A stretch of DNA of 64,000 nucleotides. It comes from Apostichopus japonicus (Eukaryota). Positions 1-12,565 of the stretch are shown here, in pieces. The translations under genes were made by a program, and so were the position numbers. The notes beneath the pieces were generated by a model. The model saw only the letters and a list, made by a program, of their open reading frames with translations, was not told the DNA's origin and searched no databases. The stretch covers positions 8,269,331-8,333,330 of the forward strand of contig NC_092575.1 in NCBI RefSeq assembly GCF_037975245.1, given 5' to 3'. Each line of letters opens with the position of its first letter. The stretch's first letter is position 1.

Positions 1-794
1 AGGAAAGCTCAACGCATAAACAGCGACTTAACTTAATAAAGAAGGTCAATGGTTGAAACAGATTGCATTGTGAGACTTTCATTTACGGTACATATTGTGG
101 CCAGAGTGTCCATGCAGTTTTGGAAACATGTAGCAACGGATATGTATTTCCTAAAATATATATACATGTACATAGATGATTTAAGTTTGTAATTAGATTG
201 ATAAGTCTTACATTTTATGCGGTTTTACGATATTAAGCAAGAAGCTTTGTGATTAAACATATGCTGTCGACGGGGATTAAACCAGGTTTAGTGTGCAGTT
301 GTTGCTCTCTCTACCACGGAGCAATTTGAAATACGTGAAATATGTGTGTATTTTTGTGCAGAAGATACAATACATATACATGTGTATTTAAAAGCTTTGG
401 CCCGTACATATATATAGCAATACCTCACCTTAACATTCCAGTCTCCACCCACCCTCTGGACCTCTTTTAAGCAACTGCTGAAATGGACATGACATTCACC
501 CATTGCATGTAAAGAATAGAACATAATAAAAGGTTGTGCCTTCGACCGGCTTGTCCGACATATTTTAGTTAATCCCTGTGGCTACTTCTGATACAGCGAA
601 AACAGACAGCGGCTTGTTGCTGCATGTATTTGGCATCCTGCAATGTGCGGCAGATATTTTTTTTTCAGATAAACTCATTTTGTGTCTCTCAAATGATACT
701 TTATGCATGTATCAATAATTTACTTACTTCGGGTGTGAAGTTGAAGTAATGATATATGCTTCCCGATCAGAGAGGTATCTTTTACTATCTTTAG

Positions 795-962
795 GAAGCC
801 AGTCGGACAGCTTAGAATCTTGCACCAAGGATATTACTGGGGGTTGCTGCCTAGAACAGATTCGTTGTGACGAAAAAAAGTGTTTGCCACCAAGCTGGGA
901 ATGTGACGGGGTGATAGATTGCCTTGATGGGAGGGACGAACCAGAAGGCTGTCAACCTAACG
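795..962 (+). CDS. Mosaic serine protease exon, LDL-receptor class A module 1. Phase 1-1. Encodes ...SCTKDITGGCCLEQIRCDEKKCLPPSWECDGVIDCLDGRDEPEGCQPN.
   Basis: Polypyrimidine tract plus AG at 793-794; donor ACG|GTGAGT at 963. Six-Cys pattern with CDGxxDC…DE is the LDLa signature. Exon phase is compatible with the downstream exons. Confidence 0.7.
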
Positions 963-2693
963 GTGAGTATAAGAGATCTTTAATAGTTTCACGCACGATA
1001 GATTGCAGGACTTATACCTCTACAGTAGTGTTACTGCTGGGAAATGTTGGTAATAGCTAACTATAGGTAAGGTATATCAACCATATAACGCAGCAGAACA
1101 TTCGCACTTTCATCCTTATCGAACGGAAATGAAATGTAGAGGCCATGGGAGGGGGGGGGGAGGGGGGTGTTGGTGGTGAGAGTGATGAACTGATGGTTGC
1201 CACAAATCAGTAGATATAACAGAAAAAAATCACTACACTCTTTGAATTGTCTTCCTGATGAAGCCGCATATACTACGATAAATCGATTAGTGAAAGCCTA
1301 CACTTTATCGATTAATGAAAGCCTACACGTTTACAGTTTTTCATCACCACCTCACAAAACCAAACTCATATGACTTTTATGCTTTAAGTTTTATTATACA
1401 AGTGCGCCTTTGCGATCAACTCATGCAACGTATCCAAAAATCTCATTAATATTCGTAGTAATAACACACCTTTTATTTTTTAGATAACGCATCCTATAAT
1501 TAGCAAACGTCTCACAGCACTTCATGCACCCAAATCTTATGTGAGAGAATAAAACGGAGCAAAATCCCAAAAAGCAGAATCAATGACAAAGGAAGATATG
1601 AAAAAAAAAAATAGGACCTAAAAGCCATAACGCTATATAGGCTATAACAATGACAGCAGAAAGGATAAAGTTTTACCAGTGACTAAGGCCGATTCATGAT
1701 AATGATGCAAATCTCAAAATTTAGACTTGTTTATGTCGACATGTTGACTTAGGCCTACTGTATTATCTAGATCCAAATTCTGACTTCTATCTTATTCAGG
1801 ACAATTTTGTAAGGCAGTTTAGCAGTGTTGTATAACAGAAAGCCATTTCCCTTGTAGTATTCAATATCAATCATTGTATATTCTACAAAATACTTCAAAC
1901 AATATGATGTTTGTGAAACTAAAAATTGATCAGCTGATTCTTTGGACAGTTGGAATAATGTTACCAATTGGCAGGATCCTAGCTGAATAATGCAGCCACC
2001 CCGTGGAGTGTACATGAGTGCAACCATCAGTTCTAGGGATGGGGTGAAGTGGGTGCTTAGATATTATCTCGCCCGGGGAGGGGTCTTAGGGCCCCTTTTG
2101 AGAAAGTTGGTTATAATGGGGTGTCCTTAGAAGCAAACCGGTGCTATTTTTGCAACTTTTCAAACAATGTTGAACAATTCTCAACTGGTAATAGGTTGTA
2201 CCGCACATACCTGTTGTGTATGTATACTGTACACCATAGAGTTTTGTTGTTGCAATATTCCGTATTCCCGGAGGGTGTGGTGGGGGTGGGGGGTGCGAAG
2301 CACCCTTGATTTTATTCCACGGGGTAAATCCCTAGAAGTGTACGTGGTGGTACCCCCGGTGTACCTGAATTGGAATAGAACGGGCGTGAAATTCAGCTAT
2401 TTATAAGAAAAAGCAGCAGGCTATAGAATCTTTGAGAAAAGCTATTAAAGGTTTGCTGTTATAATACACGTCGGAGGTGATCATAAAAGGGCTTAAGAAT
2501 ATAAACAGATGAGAAGATCCAGTCCTTTAAAATTACAGGCTACACTCGAGATAATACTGGCTGACTTGTGACTTCAAATCAATCAATAACGACTTGACTT
2601 AGATGAGAGCAGCTGTGGATGGTGACTTGAAACGACTTGCGAGTTGACTTGTCTTGACATTAATTTTACTACTTGATATGTTTTATTCTGTAG

Positions 2694-2792
2694 ATTTCGA
2701 TTGCGACAATGGGGCGTCAATACCGCTGACGTCACTGTGTGATGGTCGAGTCGACTGCGAACATGGCGAGGATGAGGGAGAACGATGCCGAA
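2694..2792 (+). CDS. Mosaic serine protease exon, short LDLa-like module 2 (variant lacking Cys1 and Cys3). Phase 1-1. Encodes DFDCDNGASIPLTSLCDGRVDCEHGEDEGERCR.
   Basis: Acceptor ttttattctgtag|; donor CGAA|GTAACT at 2793. CDGxVDC…EDE…C calcium-cage motif. Length is 99 nt with symmetric phase 1. Confidence 0.5.
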
Positions 2793-3244
2793 GTAACTTG
2801 TAACATATTTCATCCCCATTACTTTTATTATCGCCCTACTGCAGGTGCAAATAAGAAAAATCGAAATGTTATAGCTTAGAATGACAAAGAATATTTGTCT
2901 ATTTTACTTACCAGTCTGTCAAAGCTTCGTACAAGGCGGAGAGCAGACTGCACCACCCACCCCCCCCCCCCCCAAAAAATAATAATAATAAATTCAGGGG
3001 TATCCAAATTCGGGCAAAACTTGTTGAACAATTTGGGCAGCCTCGGGACGAACATGAAATTCCCCAAATTTTCTTCGATTCTTACCCGAATTGTTCCCGA
3101 AGTCTCCCCAAATCGCTCCCGAGACTTGCCCGCAGCGTTCCGATTCTTAACCATAATAAGACTCCCTTGAAAGGATTGGGATATTGTCGATCACGTTTCT
3201 CAGTAGCTGTTTCTTTCTAAGTATTTTAAATTATTTCCTTGCAG

Positions 3245-3370
3245 AGCATTGTCCAGACTTTAAATGCATCGATAGTAGTACCTGCTTCTCCAGAGACGAA
3301 TTGTGTGATGGCGTTAGTGATTGCAACGATACTAGCGATGAAGCAGGCTGCACCGTCCACAAAACAACAG
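3245..3370 (+). CDS. Mosaic serine protease exon, LDLa module 3. Phase 1-1. Encodes HCPDFKCIDSSTCFSRDELCDGVSDCNDTSDEAGCTVHKTT.
   Basis: Acceptor ttatttccttgcag|; donor ACAG|GTACTG at 3371. Canonical six-Cys LDLa with CDGxSDCxDxSDE. Confidence 0.75.
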
Positions 3371-3527
3371 GTACTGGTATGCTAGAGGCTATAGACTATC
3401 ATGTATAATGGATGATTAACCGTGTTATCTACTGTAGATGTTCATTAGCTGCCAATATCATAGTATAAGGACGTAATTAACCATGGTCGCCTAGAGTTAT
3501 AATGTTTAGTCTCATTTTCTATTTCAG

Positions 3528-3638
3528 AGTGTTTCTCATGTGACCTAGGTGAGAAGTGTATATCATTCAGTTGGCTATGCGATGAGATTGTGGATTGTGA
3601 AGATTTAGCAGACGAGATGCACGCCCTCTGTCCACCAG
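3528..3638 (+). CDS. Mosaic serine protease exon, LDLa module 4. Phase 1-1. Encodes ECFSCDLGEKCISFSWLCDEIVDCEDLADEMHALCPP.
   Basis: Acceptor ttttctatttcag|; donor CCAG|GTAAGT at 3639. Six Cys with …WLCDE..DCEDLADE…C. Confidence 0.75.
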
Positions 3639-4987
3639 GTAAGTAAGCGCCGTCATCGATGGGCAGGCAGTTACGTATGAATAAAATCCTGATTCAAGAT
3701 TCAAAACGAACCTTTATCAAAGAACTTGTCAAGCGACGGGTGGTTTACTGTTCACAAAACGTCTGCACAAGCACGGAAACCATAGTAATGTTCAAACAAA
3801 TGTATATCTTGGAAATGACAAATAGTTTTCAAAAGCAAGTCCAAAGGTATTGATTAGTAACATCACACATTCATAGCAGAAGGCTGCACTCTGCCATATA
3901 TTGATGATAATAATAGGGCCTATGGTGTAAATATATAATCTGGCATAGCCAAACCAAACATATATAGTTCAAGAACTGTCACTTTACTATTTCTACTTTT
4001 GTCGTTGAAATTGACTGATTTACTTATCTCCTCTTCTACATGTCTCCAACTCCACATCTGCACTTTCCCATCTACCTAACTACACACTGCCCTTGCTTCT
4101 TGGGCACCGCCCACTTATTACCTCCTTCCAAATCTATCATTCAGGAAGTACGCTATGCAAATTCGTCAGCAGAAATTTTTTGATCGTTTTTTTTACGATT
4201 TTCGTCATTGGATTTGGATCTCCGTATACTGGAATATCTTGACTGATCTCATAGAGAATATTCTCTCCAGATTTAACATGAAAAGTATAACGGCGATGGC
4301 GTCGATATGGCCTAAATGAATGATGATTCGACGCGTGTGTGTGTGCTCGGGGATGGGGTTGGGGGGGGGGGGGGTGAATCACTTTAAAACCAGATATTTT
4401 CAAACCACTTTCAAACCAAAAATTGATTTATGTTGCAAATCTGAAATAATATAGCATTACTCACTCCGTGAGTCTACTCTTTTAAATGTTTTCATTCGAA
4501 AAACATTAACACAGCTAGATAGCTATTAGAAATACGCGAACGTTCACCTAAAGATACGTGATGCGTTTTATGACTTGAACCTCTAAACATTATCATATAG
4601 TCCGACCGAACGGTATGACATGTTTGTAAATTTTCAGAGCGGACAATTCTCACCGCGGAGGGTGGGGGCGGGGGGACAGGGGGATGGGGATCAACATTTA
4701 CTGTGACATGAGAAATACAAATTGGTTTATTTTTCCGGTCGGACATGACCGTAGTTAAATACGGTACTTTCCTGGTCAATATTATCCGGCCATACATGGG
4801 GGGGGGGGGGGAGGGGGAGTATTTGCTGCTTAATCAGCAACACATCATCTCTAAACGTTTGTTCATCCTTCACATAAGTTGCCTCCGACACGTTCGGGGG
4901 TTGTCCATGGCACCGATCAATGGTATATTTAGACTTAAGATGTTATTAGTTACAAAAATATCTTTTTCAACTTTTATATATTTATAG

Positions 4988-5107
4988 TTCAGGATCGTTG
5001 TTGGAGAGGAGCGTTCCTGTGCGATCATAGACTGTTCTGTATCCGTCAGGAGTATCGATGTGACGGCGTAAACGACTGCGGAGACGAGTCTGATGAAATA
5101 GCGTGCA
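4988..5107 (+). CDS. Mosaic serine protease exon, LDLa module 5. Phase 1-1. Encodes VQDRCWRGAFLCDHRLFCIRQEYRCDGVNDCGDESDEIAC.
   Basis: Acceptor ttttatatatttatag|; donor TGCA|GTAAGC at 5108. CDGVNDCGDESDE motif. The alternative acceptor cag at 4990-4992 was rejected because it would break phase continuity. Confidence 0.7.
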
Positions 5108-5895
5108 GTAAGCGTTGACTTCATGAAATAAAAACAAAAAAAAATCATTTTGTTTTTTGTGAAGCTATATCCCTTTATTTCACTAGTATTACTATTGTAT
5201 GTATAGGAGAGGGACGTAACAGATTTTTTCCATCGGAAATTTGGGAGGGGAGAAGAAAGAACTGACGAAAGAGGTCGAAGGAAAGTTGTTTTGCGTAACA
5301 ATCTTATCTGATTTGCATAATTGTGTATTCCTTTTCTCTTTTATTACCAATCTTCTCCTCCTGACGTTAATCCACCAAAGGGTTTATCATTTCTCATTGA
5401 CACACAGGCCCGAAAGCCAAGAACTTGAGGGGCACATTACTGTATACATGTCCTGTAACTTGTGAAGGTTTTGTACACTAGTAGTCTGAACGGTGGGAGG
5501 GGGAGGGGTGGGTGAGGGGGTAACGTGCCTCTCTGCCCTGATCGGGCTACTGGCCTGTTGACAAATGTTAACAATGATATCGCTTCATTGAACCTTACAA
5601 GTATTACTCTGATTAATAGCTCCATCATTGTACTGTTCGTTAGTCATCGTCGTTAGGCGATTCAAAGCCCCAGTGACATCAAGTAACTTTCATATCCTAG
5701 CTTCTCCCACATGAAATTGGAATCTCTGTTTGAACTAATTGGCTAGTTTTGATTTGACGTTGCAAACAAAGACAACACTTTAATCTGCGCAAAGCCCCTC
5801 TCGTGGTAAAAGGAGGGGGCAGGGGTGACTATCATTTCTGAACTTGGCATCTTCGTTGTCGCTAAACTTGCAATTTTATTTTTGTATTTGGTTAG

Positions 5896-6093
5896 TGGAT
5901 ACAGTGTATTGGGCTGATAGTGGTGGATGGTCCCGCTGGTCCCCATGGTCAGAATGCTCAACGTCCTGTGGACCTGGAACGAAGATCCGTCGACGTGTAT
6001 GCTTTCCTCAAGTTCAGTGTAGTGGCCCAAATGATGAACTCTTACCATGTGAAATAACCTCATGCGACGAAGAGCCTGAAAAAGACTCCATGA
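5896..6093 (+). CDS. Mosaic serine protease exon, thrombospondin type-1 repeat. Encodes …WSRWSPWSECSTSCGPGTKIRRRVCFPQVQCSGPNDELLPCEITSC…. Phase 1-1.
   Basis: WSxWSxW tryptophan ladder followed by CSxSCG…R.R…C…C…C. Acceptor tttggttag|; donor ATGA|GTAAGT at 6094. Confidence 0.8.
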
Positions 6094-6680
6094 GTAAGTC
6101 AAAGGAACTCCTAAGATTGTTATATGGCTTTCAGGTCCTAACATATTTATGACGGATGACTACAATGGCTTCTAAGTGTATATAATCAGTGCCGTATAAT
6201 AAAACACTTAGGGAAGCATAAATCATTCGATCTTTTACACTCACTGTGTCAAACCCGGACGTCTTTCCATTGAGGAATCAATTTATCAGTGTTTGGTCAC
6301 CCTCCTGCCCTCGTGGTTTACAGCATTCTACCAGGGTAATTCCTTCTTTTCTTTTCTTTTAAGGGGGGGGGGGATTATTTTGTGTCTAAGAATTGTCCAT
6401 TACCATGTGCTCCAATTTCGTCCTATCAGTGACGGAATGGTTGTTTGTTAAGCTGAAAGGATCTGACCCTGCCATTACTAACCCCTACATAATATACACC
6501 TTATTCAGAGGCGGCGGCCGGGTATGAAAAAAACGAGGACCCCCATTTCCTCCTTTGAACCCCATTCAACCCCCGATAACTTGAACAAACCTTCTTCTAG
6601 TTTTCTGTCTTTTCCTGCAAAACTGCACTTACACTAAAACGGTTATTCTTGATAGTTCTTATATATGTATATTTTCCCAG

Positions 6681-6894
6681 GTCTTGGATGTGGCATAAGA
6701 CACATTGAGGGACACACAGCATCTCCTACTACACGAATTATTGGGGGTGAGCAGTCCGTGTCTGGGAGTTGGCCATGGCAAGTCCAACTCTGGTTCAAAG
6801 TTGCTGCACGTAGGAGAGAGCTTGTATGTGGTGGTACATTGGTCAGCGAGAGGATCGTAATCACTGCCGCCCATTGCTTTTTCCACAAAAACAG
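6681..6894 (+). CDS. Trypsin-like protease domain, exon 1: activation site and His57. Encodes …TTR|[18 protein letters not shown]…[24 protein letters not shown]. Phase 1-2.
   Basis: R-IIGG zymogen activation motif. CGGTLI..xWVxTAAHC histidine box. Acceptor attttcccag|; donor ACAG|GTAAAA at 6895. Confidence 0.85.
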
Positions 6895-7497
6895 GTAAAA
6901 CTTCAACAACAACAACAACCAAAATTTGAAACGCATTCATTAAGTTTGACTGCTAAAACCCGGTCATATGGTCTGCACCTTATTTCAAATGTATTCGACA
7001 TGAATGCTTATCGTATCTTATTCACCATTAAAAGTGGGGAGGGCACAGTGTCGGGGGGGGGGGGGGCAAGTCTGATCGTGGACTGAACATGGATAAAACT
7101 TAAGGAGTCTGCGGGAGCCTTGGCTCAAAGCCTTTATCGGGTGGGGTCCAGGTGCCCGCATTAGGGCCACTTCTGTTTCTGTTTGATCCCTGAATTGATA
7201 TGTTAGTCATAAAGATCTTCTAACAAAAGCCACAACTGACAATCGATTTGACTTTAATTAAGAAAGAATTATCTATTTAACATCCGGGCGTTACTTAGGG
7301 CCTTTTTCAAGAATAATAAAATTGAAACTTAAATCTCAAACCGCAAACATACTAAAACTTTGCACAAACGAATAAAATCATTTTGCTATATACAGATGTC
7401 TAAAACATGCACAAATATGGATCATGAGTACATTTAAAAAGCACTATCAGGGTACATTCACTTTATCGGAAACATAAACATAAAATGTAGATATTTC

Positions 7498-7780
7498 AGG
7501 GGCGTAGCCTGGTTAGAATCCCCAGGGGCAGTTGATTAACATCGAGAAACATTATGTATCGCCCAAATGTTACATAGTGGTGCGTTGATGTGCGTATAAA
7601 CCAGGGCCTTTTCAAGAAATTTCAATGAGTGGACCATTTCCCAAAAGGGACTATCATATGACAGTAACTATAAGCCACGCGCCACCATCGGTGGGCGCGT
7701 AGTGTAACAAGAATTTTTTGCCCAAAATGCCTCCCAGATTACCGGAAATGGCACTTCTCGGCCTTGTTGTTGCATCTAAA
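7498..7780. mobile_element. Degenerate fragments of GGCGTA-terminus MITEs (families A and B).
   Basis: 'ggggcgtagcctgg' at 7500 and '…gcgccaccatcggtgggcgcgtag…aaaatgcctcccagattaccggaaatggcacttc' at 7670-7780 match the family-B internal sequence. Confidence 0.4.
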
Positions 7781-9237
7781 CATTCTTTATTTTGAGATCT
7801 CATGTTTTAGAAATTTACACTATAAGGTATAAGACACATTTTACTCGGTAAAATCACTTTGTTGGACTTCGCTTTACTTGATTAGCTCTGCTTTGAAGAT
7901 ATAAAAGCCGCTAGGGCATTCTGAAGGTAGTCGTAGCCTATATATGATGAGGGGAAGCCATATGGGGAATTTAGGTGTAAATTAGTTATGAGGTTTTATC
8001 AATATTTGGTTTACATGCCACAAAGGGACATACTGAGGGGGGGGGGGGTTAATGAGCTGATTAGGTGGGCCTCAATATTCTTAGTTAAATCATTGGGACA
8101 CTGATATAGGGGCTAACAATGAAACTGATAGGCATATATAAAACATATAGACGTAATAAATCTAGTTATGAACCGTAGTCTCACATTACGCAAGTTAAAT
8201 CTTAGAAGCTCTCTTACGATTATTGATATTCTAACAAAACCCACGGTCATCGCATCCGTGATCGTATTTATACGTTTCAAATTAGCTTTGTGTTCTTATT
8301 GAACACCATTCCAACAATACGTGCATAGGATCTTGAGGTTGGCATTATATCGTAGACCTTTCATTTAGGAAGTGGAAATCTCAAAGGGACTCCTGCCCCC
8401 GCCCCCTCCCCCCCCCTCGCAGGCTATGGCCCTGCATCATATAAAATAGTCAAGTTGGGAGCGTATGTATATAACTACTAAGCTAGAACTTAAGGTATAA
8501 TGAGTAACAAGGTTATAACAACATGACTAGCAGCTTAGTCACCCAGGCCTGTAGCACCATATATGTCTCAAAACTCTTATGATATATGTTATCTCAGAAA
8601 CACTTAAAACCATCATGGGTGGAATTGCTAACTAAACTGAATACACAATATAATTTACATTTAGCGTCATTTTGCTTGTATGTGATAGTACAACATACTA
8701 TAAAATATGGAAAATAATATACTGGAACAGAGATTAGCGAATGCTGCGGGCTTTCCTTATCTGCTGGCTTATAGCATATAGCCTCAGCGGTGTATGGGCG
8801 CGGTTTCTCATGTAATTTACGCTATATATGAAATCCTGTATTTTTCTTTAAAACCAGCTGAAAGTTCTATTTTTTCCATCGGGTATGAGGGGGAAAGGTT
8901 GAACAGATCAGAATAAACATTAATAACGATCAATCTCACAGCACAATGTTTGAGCTCTTCAGTTTTATGAGATACACAAGTCATTAAAAGCCTGATATGC
9001 TTAGCTCATACACGAGTCATTAAGAGCCCTGATATGCCTAGCTCCTACACGAGTCAGTCACTAAATTCGGCGGAACATTTGATATTGTGTCCCCCACCAT
9101 TCAAAAAGTGGGGACGTGTCCCCTGCCCCCCCCCCCCGTCATAATTGTCGCGCCTGTGGGATTGGTCACTGAGTCCAAGACGAGATGACATATGCTCTGT
9201 GTTATATAACGTCGGTATCATCATTGTTTCTTCATAG

Positions 9238-9515
9238 CAATCGGAAGGGTCTTTGGCGGGTACAGCTTGGTAAACACAAGTACAGAAAGACTGTAGACCC
9301 GACAACCGGTGAGATACAAAGCAAAATTACCGACATAATAACTTATGAACCATTAGACCAATTTTCTGTCTGGCATGATATAGCAATCTTAGTACTCAAG
9401 ACTCCGATCACTGCATTTACCGAGAGAGTCAGCCCAGCCTGTGTCGACCGGAATAACGTGAATGTAGAAGATGAGAATTTGCTATGCTATGCAACTGGAT
9501 GGGGTATTACCCAAA
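9238..9515 (+). CDS. Trypsin-like protease domain, exon 2: Asp102 region. Encodes …WRVQLGKHKYRKTVDPTTGEIQSKITDIITYEPLDQFSVWHDIAILVLKTPITAFTERVSPACV…CYATGWGITQ. Phase 2-1.
   Basis: HDIAIL(VL) aspartate motif, …PACV…, GWG motif. Acceptor tttcttcatag|; donor CAAA|GTAAGT at 9516. Phase 2 in matches phase 2 out of the previous exon. Confidence 0.85.
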
Positions 9516-9966
9516 GTAAGTATACGAAACTAGAACAACTGTATACAAACACATGTCATTGTAGTGCGTGGTGAATGTCAACGTTAGTTATAGTTGTTCA
9601 TATGCAATGGAGGGGTCTTTGTTAATGCAACCCTTTTGAAGTTTTTTTTCGGTCACCAAGACGAAGCCAGTTCGGCGTTTGGTCCCTTAACGTAGACCAA
9701 AGCTAGGCTGTATTGTATTATGTTTATAAACAAAACTCAGGCATGCATGTGTCTGCAATATAACGAATAAATGATGACTAAAACCATCAGAACGAAGCTG
9801 TCAATCACGAATCACGCCTGATTCGGACGTGACAGAGAATACACAGAGTCCTGGGCAGCGATTGGTCAAATTGACTACATGTTACTGTATCCTCGACTAG
9901 TTAGCGAAATTTTACTAACATATGGTGATTTTCACCGAAGGCATAATGGACGATTAATCTAACGAA

Positions 9967-10320
9967 CAAGGGCGTAGGAACCGGGGGGGCTGGGGGCGCC
10001 AGCCCCCCCCAGTGAAAAATATGGGGGGCGGAAGTATCGTTCCCCCCGCTCCGCAAGTCAGAAAACCCCTTTTTCATTTCCAAATGAGAAAAAAAATCTC
10101 ATTTGAAGCACCAAATTGCATCTAAGGCCAGGTGAAAATGCAAAATTCTTTACAAAATGGAGTGGGTGTTGAAGTGTGCTATAATGCACCAAATTGCATC
10201 TGAGGCCACCTGGAAATGCAAAAAATTCCAAAGGGGAGGGGGACTCCCCTTACACCCCTCCCCCAGGCCGGCCATCAGTCTTCAGCCCTCCCCACTCAAA
10301 AGTACCTTCCTACGCCACTG
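9967..10320 (-). mobile_element. hAT-like MITE, family A (~355 bp). Termini CAGTGGCGTAGGAAGG…/…CCTTCCTACGCC. Perfect 8-bp target-site duplication CTAACGAA.
   Basis: The 8-bp direct repeat is present at 9959-9966 and 10321-10328. Terminal inverted repeats are shared with the copies at 15637 and 33459. Internal G- and C-homopolymers and an inverted 'ggccaggtgaaaatgcaaaa' pair. Confidence 0.8.
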
Positions 10321-10761
10321 CTAACGAATACATGTTGGCCTATAGTATGAGGCGCCGTGTTTGACAAAAAATGATACACCGAATATATTGACCATAACTT
10401 CTCATATATATGAGTTATTCCGTAATATATATATAGGTCACAAGTAACACTCATATTTTAATGTTATATATAACCTATATATATTTCCATAACAAATATA
10501 CAATAGTAACTTATATATATTTGTTCCTGTAATCTTCTTATATGGCTCTCCATATTCCATGTTCGGCGAGCGCATATATATATACCTTTACCAAAAACTA
10601 TATACAAACCCAATGGAAGTAATTATAGCTCAATGTTATAATTTCTCGAGTGAGCAAATGGTGTATGCGTGAGGAGGGAGGTATGGATGGGAGGAGGAAA
10701 TGGGTTGTGCGCTCTAAAATTGAACAAGTTTCTCGAGATACATATTTGTTTTGTTTTACAG

Positions 10762-10913
10762 TTGTATCTGGTAGGCGAGCACAATGGCTTCAAGAGGCCC
10801 GTCTTCCGATAATAAATCATCAAACATGTAATCATGAGAATGTGTACGAAAATTCAATTGAAGATGATATGTTTTGTGCTGGATTTCTGGAAGGAAGAGT
10901 GGATGCTTGCAAA
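10762..10913 (+). CDS. Trypsin-like protease domain, exon 3. Encodes IVSGRRAQWLQEARLPIINHQTCNHENVYENSIEDDMFCAGFLEGRVDACK. Contains Asp189, the S1 specificity residue. Phase 1-0.
   Basis: LQEA.LPI…C…, MFCAG and DAC-K immediately preceding the GDSGGP exon. Acceptor ttgttttacag|; donor CAAA|GTAAGT at 10914. Confidence 0.8.
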
Positions 10914-12388
10914 GTAAGTATCACATTCCCAGTAAGTGACGATACTCTCACGGAGGGCCATGGTTGTGACGAAAGAACTGCAAACGTATTTCGCATTTGG
11001 CTAACGTATGGCTGTCACGAAACGTGTATATCTTAAAGGCATTGAAGACTCGCCCCAAACCGCGTGCGGCCAACTGAAAAGTTAATTTCTGTTGCCTGCA
11101 AGTGCCGTTTTGTTCGTGTCGCTACAAAATGCAGACAGTAATGAAACGTGATACTTTAATTGTTATCTTTAGCTGGACCTGAGATGTCCATCGCTGTATC
11201 GTTTGTATACTGTGCTGTGGGTATTGACCGCAGCTGTATGCACTGACTGACGGTTGCAAGCTGTGTGTGTATTTTCTGGGATCGATATGGTGGTGTTTAA
11301 CACTTCTGTTACACGTCATTCGAAACTAGGTCAAATTACCGGCATGAGACGTTTCTTTTTGCGCGAGTCTTCACATCCTTTAATTATGTTAGTATACCAT
11401 GATGATGGTCGATGTGGTTCATTCATTACCTTCATCCGTACACGGTGTGTGAGATGCCCATCATATTCTTTGCACTGCCCATTCGGCAAATCTAATTTTT
11501 TTTCTCCCTTTCTTTTCAATTGTGTACCAACGAAAATACGGCTATGAAATATTTGCTAGTACGTATCTGATTGTGCGCGGCGTGTGTTTGCGTGTGTATA
11601 TGGGTGTGCGTCTATGTATATTGATTAAGACTATGTTAGTATAATGATAGCATAGAACTGGCATTGTCAGGCTTTTGTAATAAATGGTTTCGATGACTCA
11701 TATTTATTCACCCCTCCCTACATGAAATGTACGGTAGGCTACTAGGTATTAGATAATGTATACGGTATTCTGACCACAACATTTGAAAACATGTTATACT
11801 TAACTTTCTCCCCACCTCGCATCCCTTGGGTGGGGGAGGGGAGAGGTGGACTTTTGAGGTGGGTTAAACAATGTTGTGTTTGTGTGTGAGGGTGTGCATT
11901 TGTGTGTTTTGTGTGTAATACTAGTATTTGTGTGACAAAAAGTGTAACATGAATTTCTCCTAAACCGGCAAAGGATATCGCAAAGTTTACATTGCATTAA
12001 TTAATACAAAACGCGAAAGTTTACGTGATCAATTGAGGTAAGTTCAAACTAGATCAAATTTAATTTGGTTATATATGCCAGTTTATGTTTAGGTATTTAG
12101 TTGTGGCTATTATGCACATCCAAAACACGACAACGTATAGTTCAACTTGTGAAAAGTGAATAATGACTTTTGGATTTAATCTTTAGAGCATTAATTAACG
12201 TAAATTGTCAACAGTCATGAGGTCAGTGGAATTCAAGGTTCATCAACTTCATTTGGTGGGTACATAACCAGGCACCGAGTGTGCCTATAATGGGGTGACA
12301 TTACAGTACATGTGTATCCCCACATTTTGAGATCTGCAACGCCTTGGCTTGCCTATTTGTTTTTTTGTTTTTTTCTTTTCTTCTATAG

Positions 12389-12565
<177 letters not shown>

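Noticed and set aside
749-1060. ORF track start 'MIYASRSERYLLLS…' treated as the protease N-terminus
   Set aside because: The segment upstream of 795 is a pyrimidine-rich acceptor region. The LDLa module begins at the AG at 793-794, and the real N-terminus must lie in exons upstream of the window.
4990-4992. Alternative acceptor 'cag' for LDLa exon 5
   Set aside because: It would start the exon in phase 0 and break the reading frame with exon 4, which ends in phase 1. The upstream tag|TT acceptor at 4985-4987 preserves phase.
5743-6940. Minus-strand ORFs 5743-6144 (133 aa), 6643-6936 and 6659-6940
   Set aside because: They are antisense to the TSP1 and trypsin exons of the + strand gene. 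The sense-strand exons carry unmistakable domain motifs and consistent splice phases, so these are shadow ORFs.
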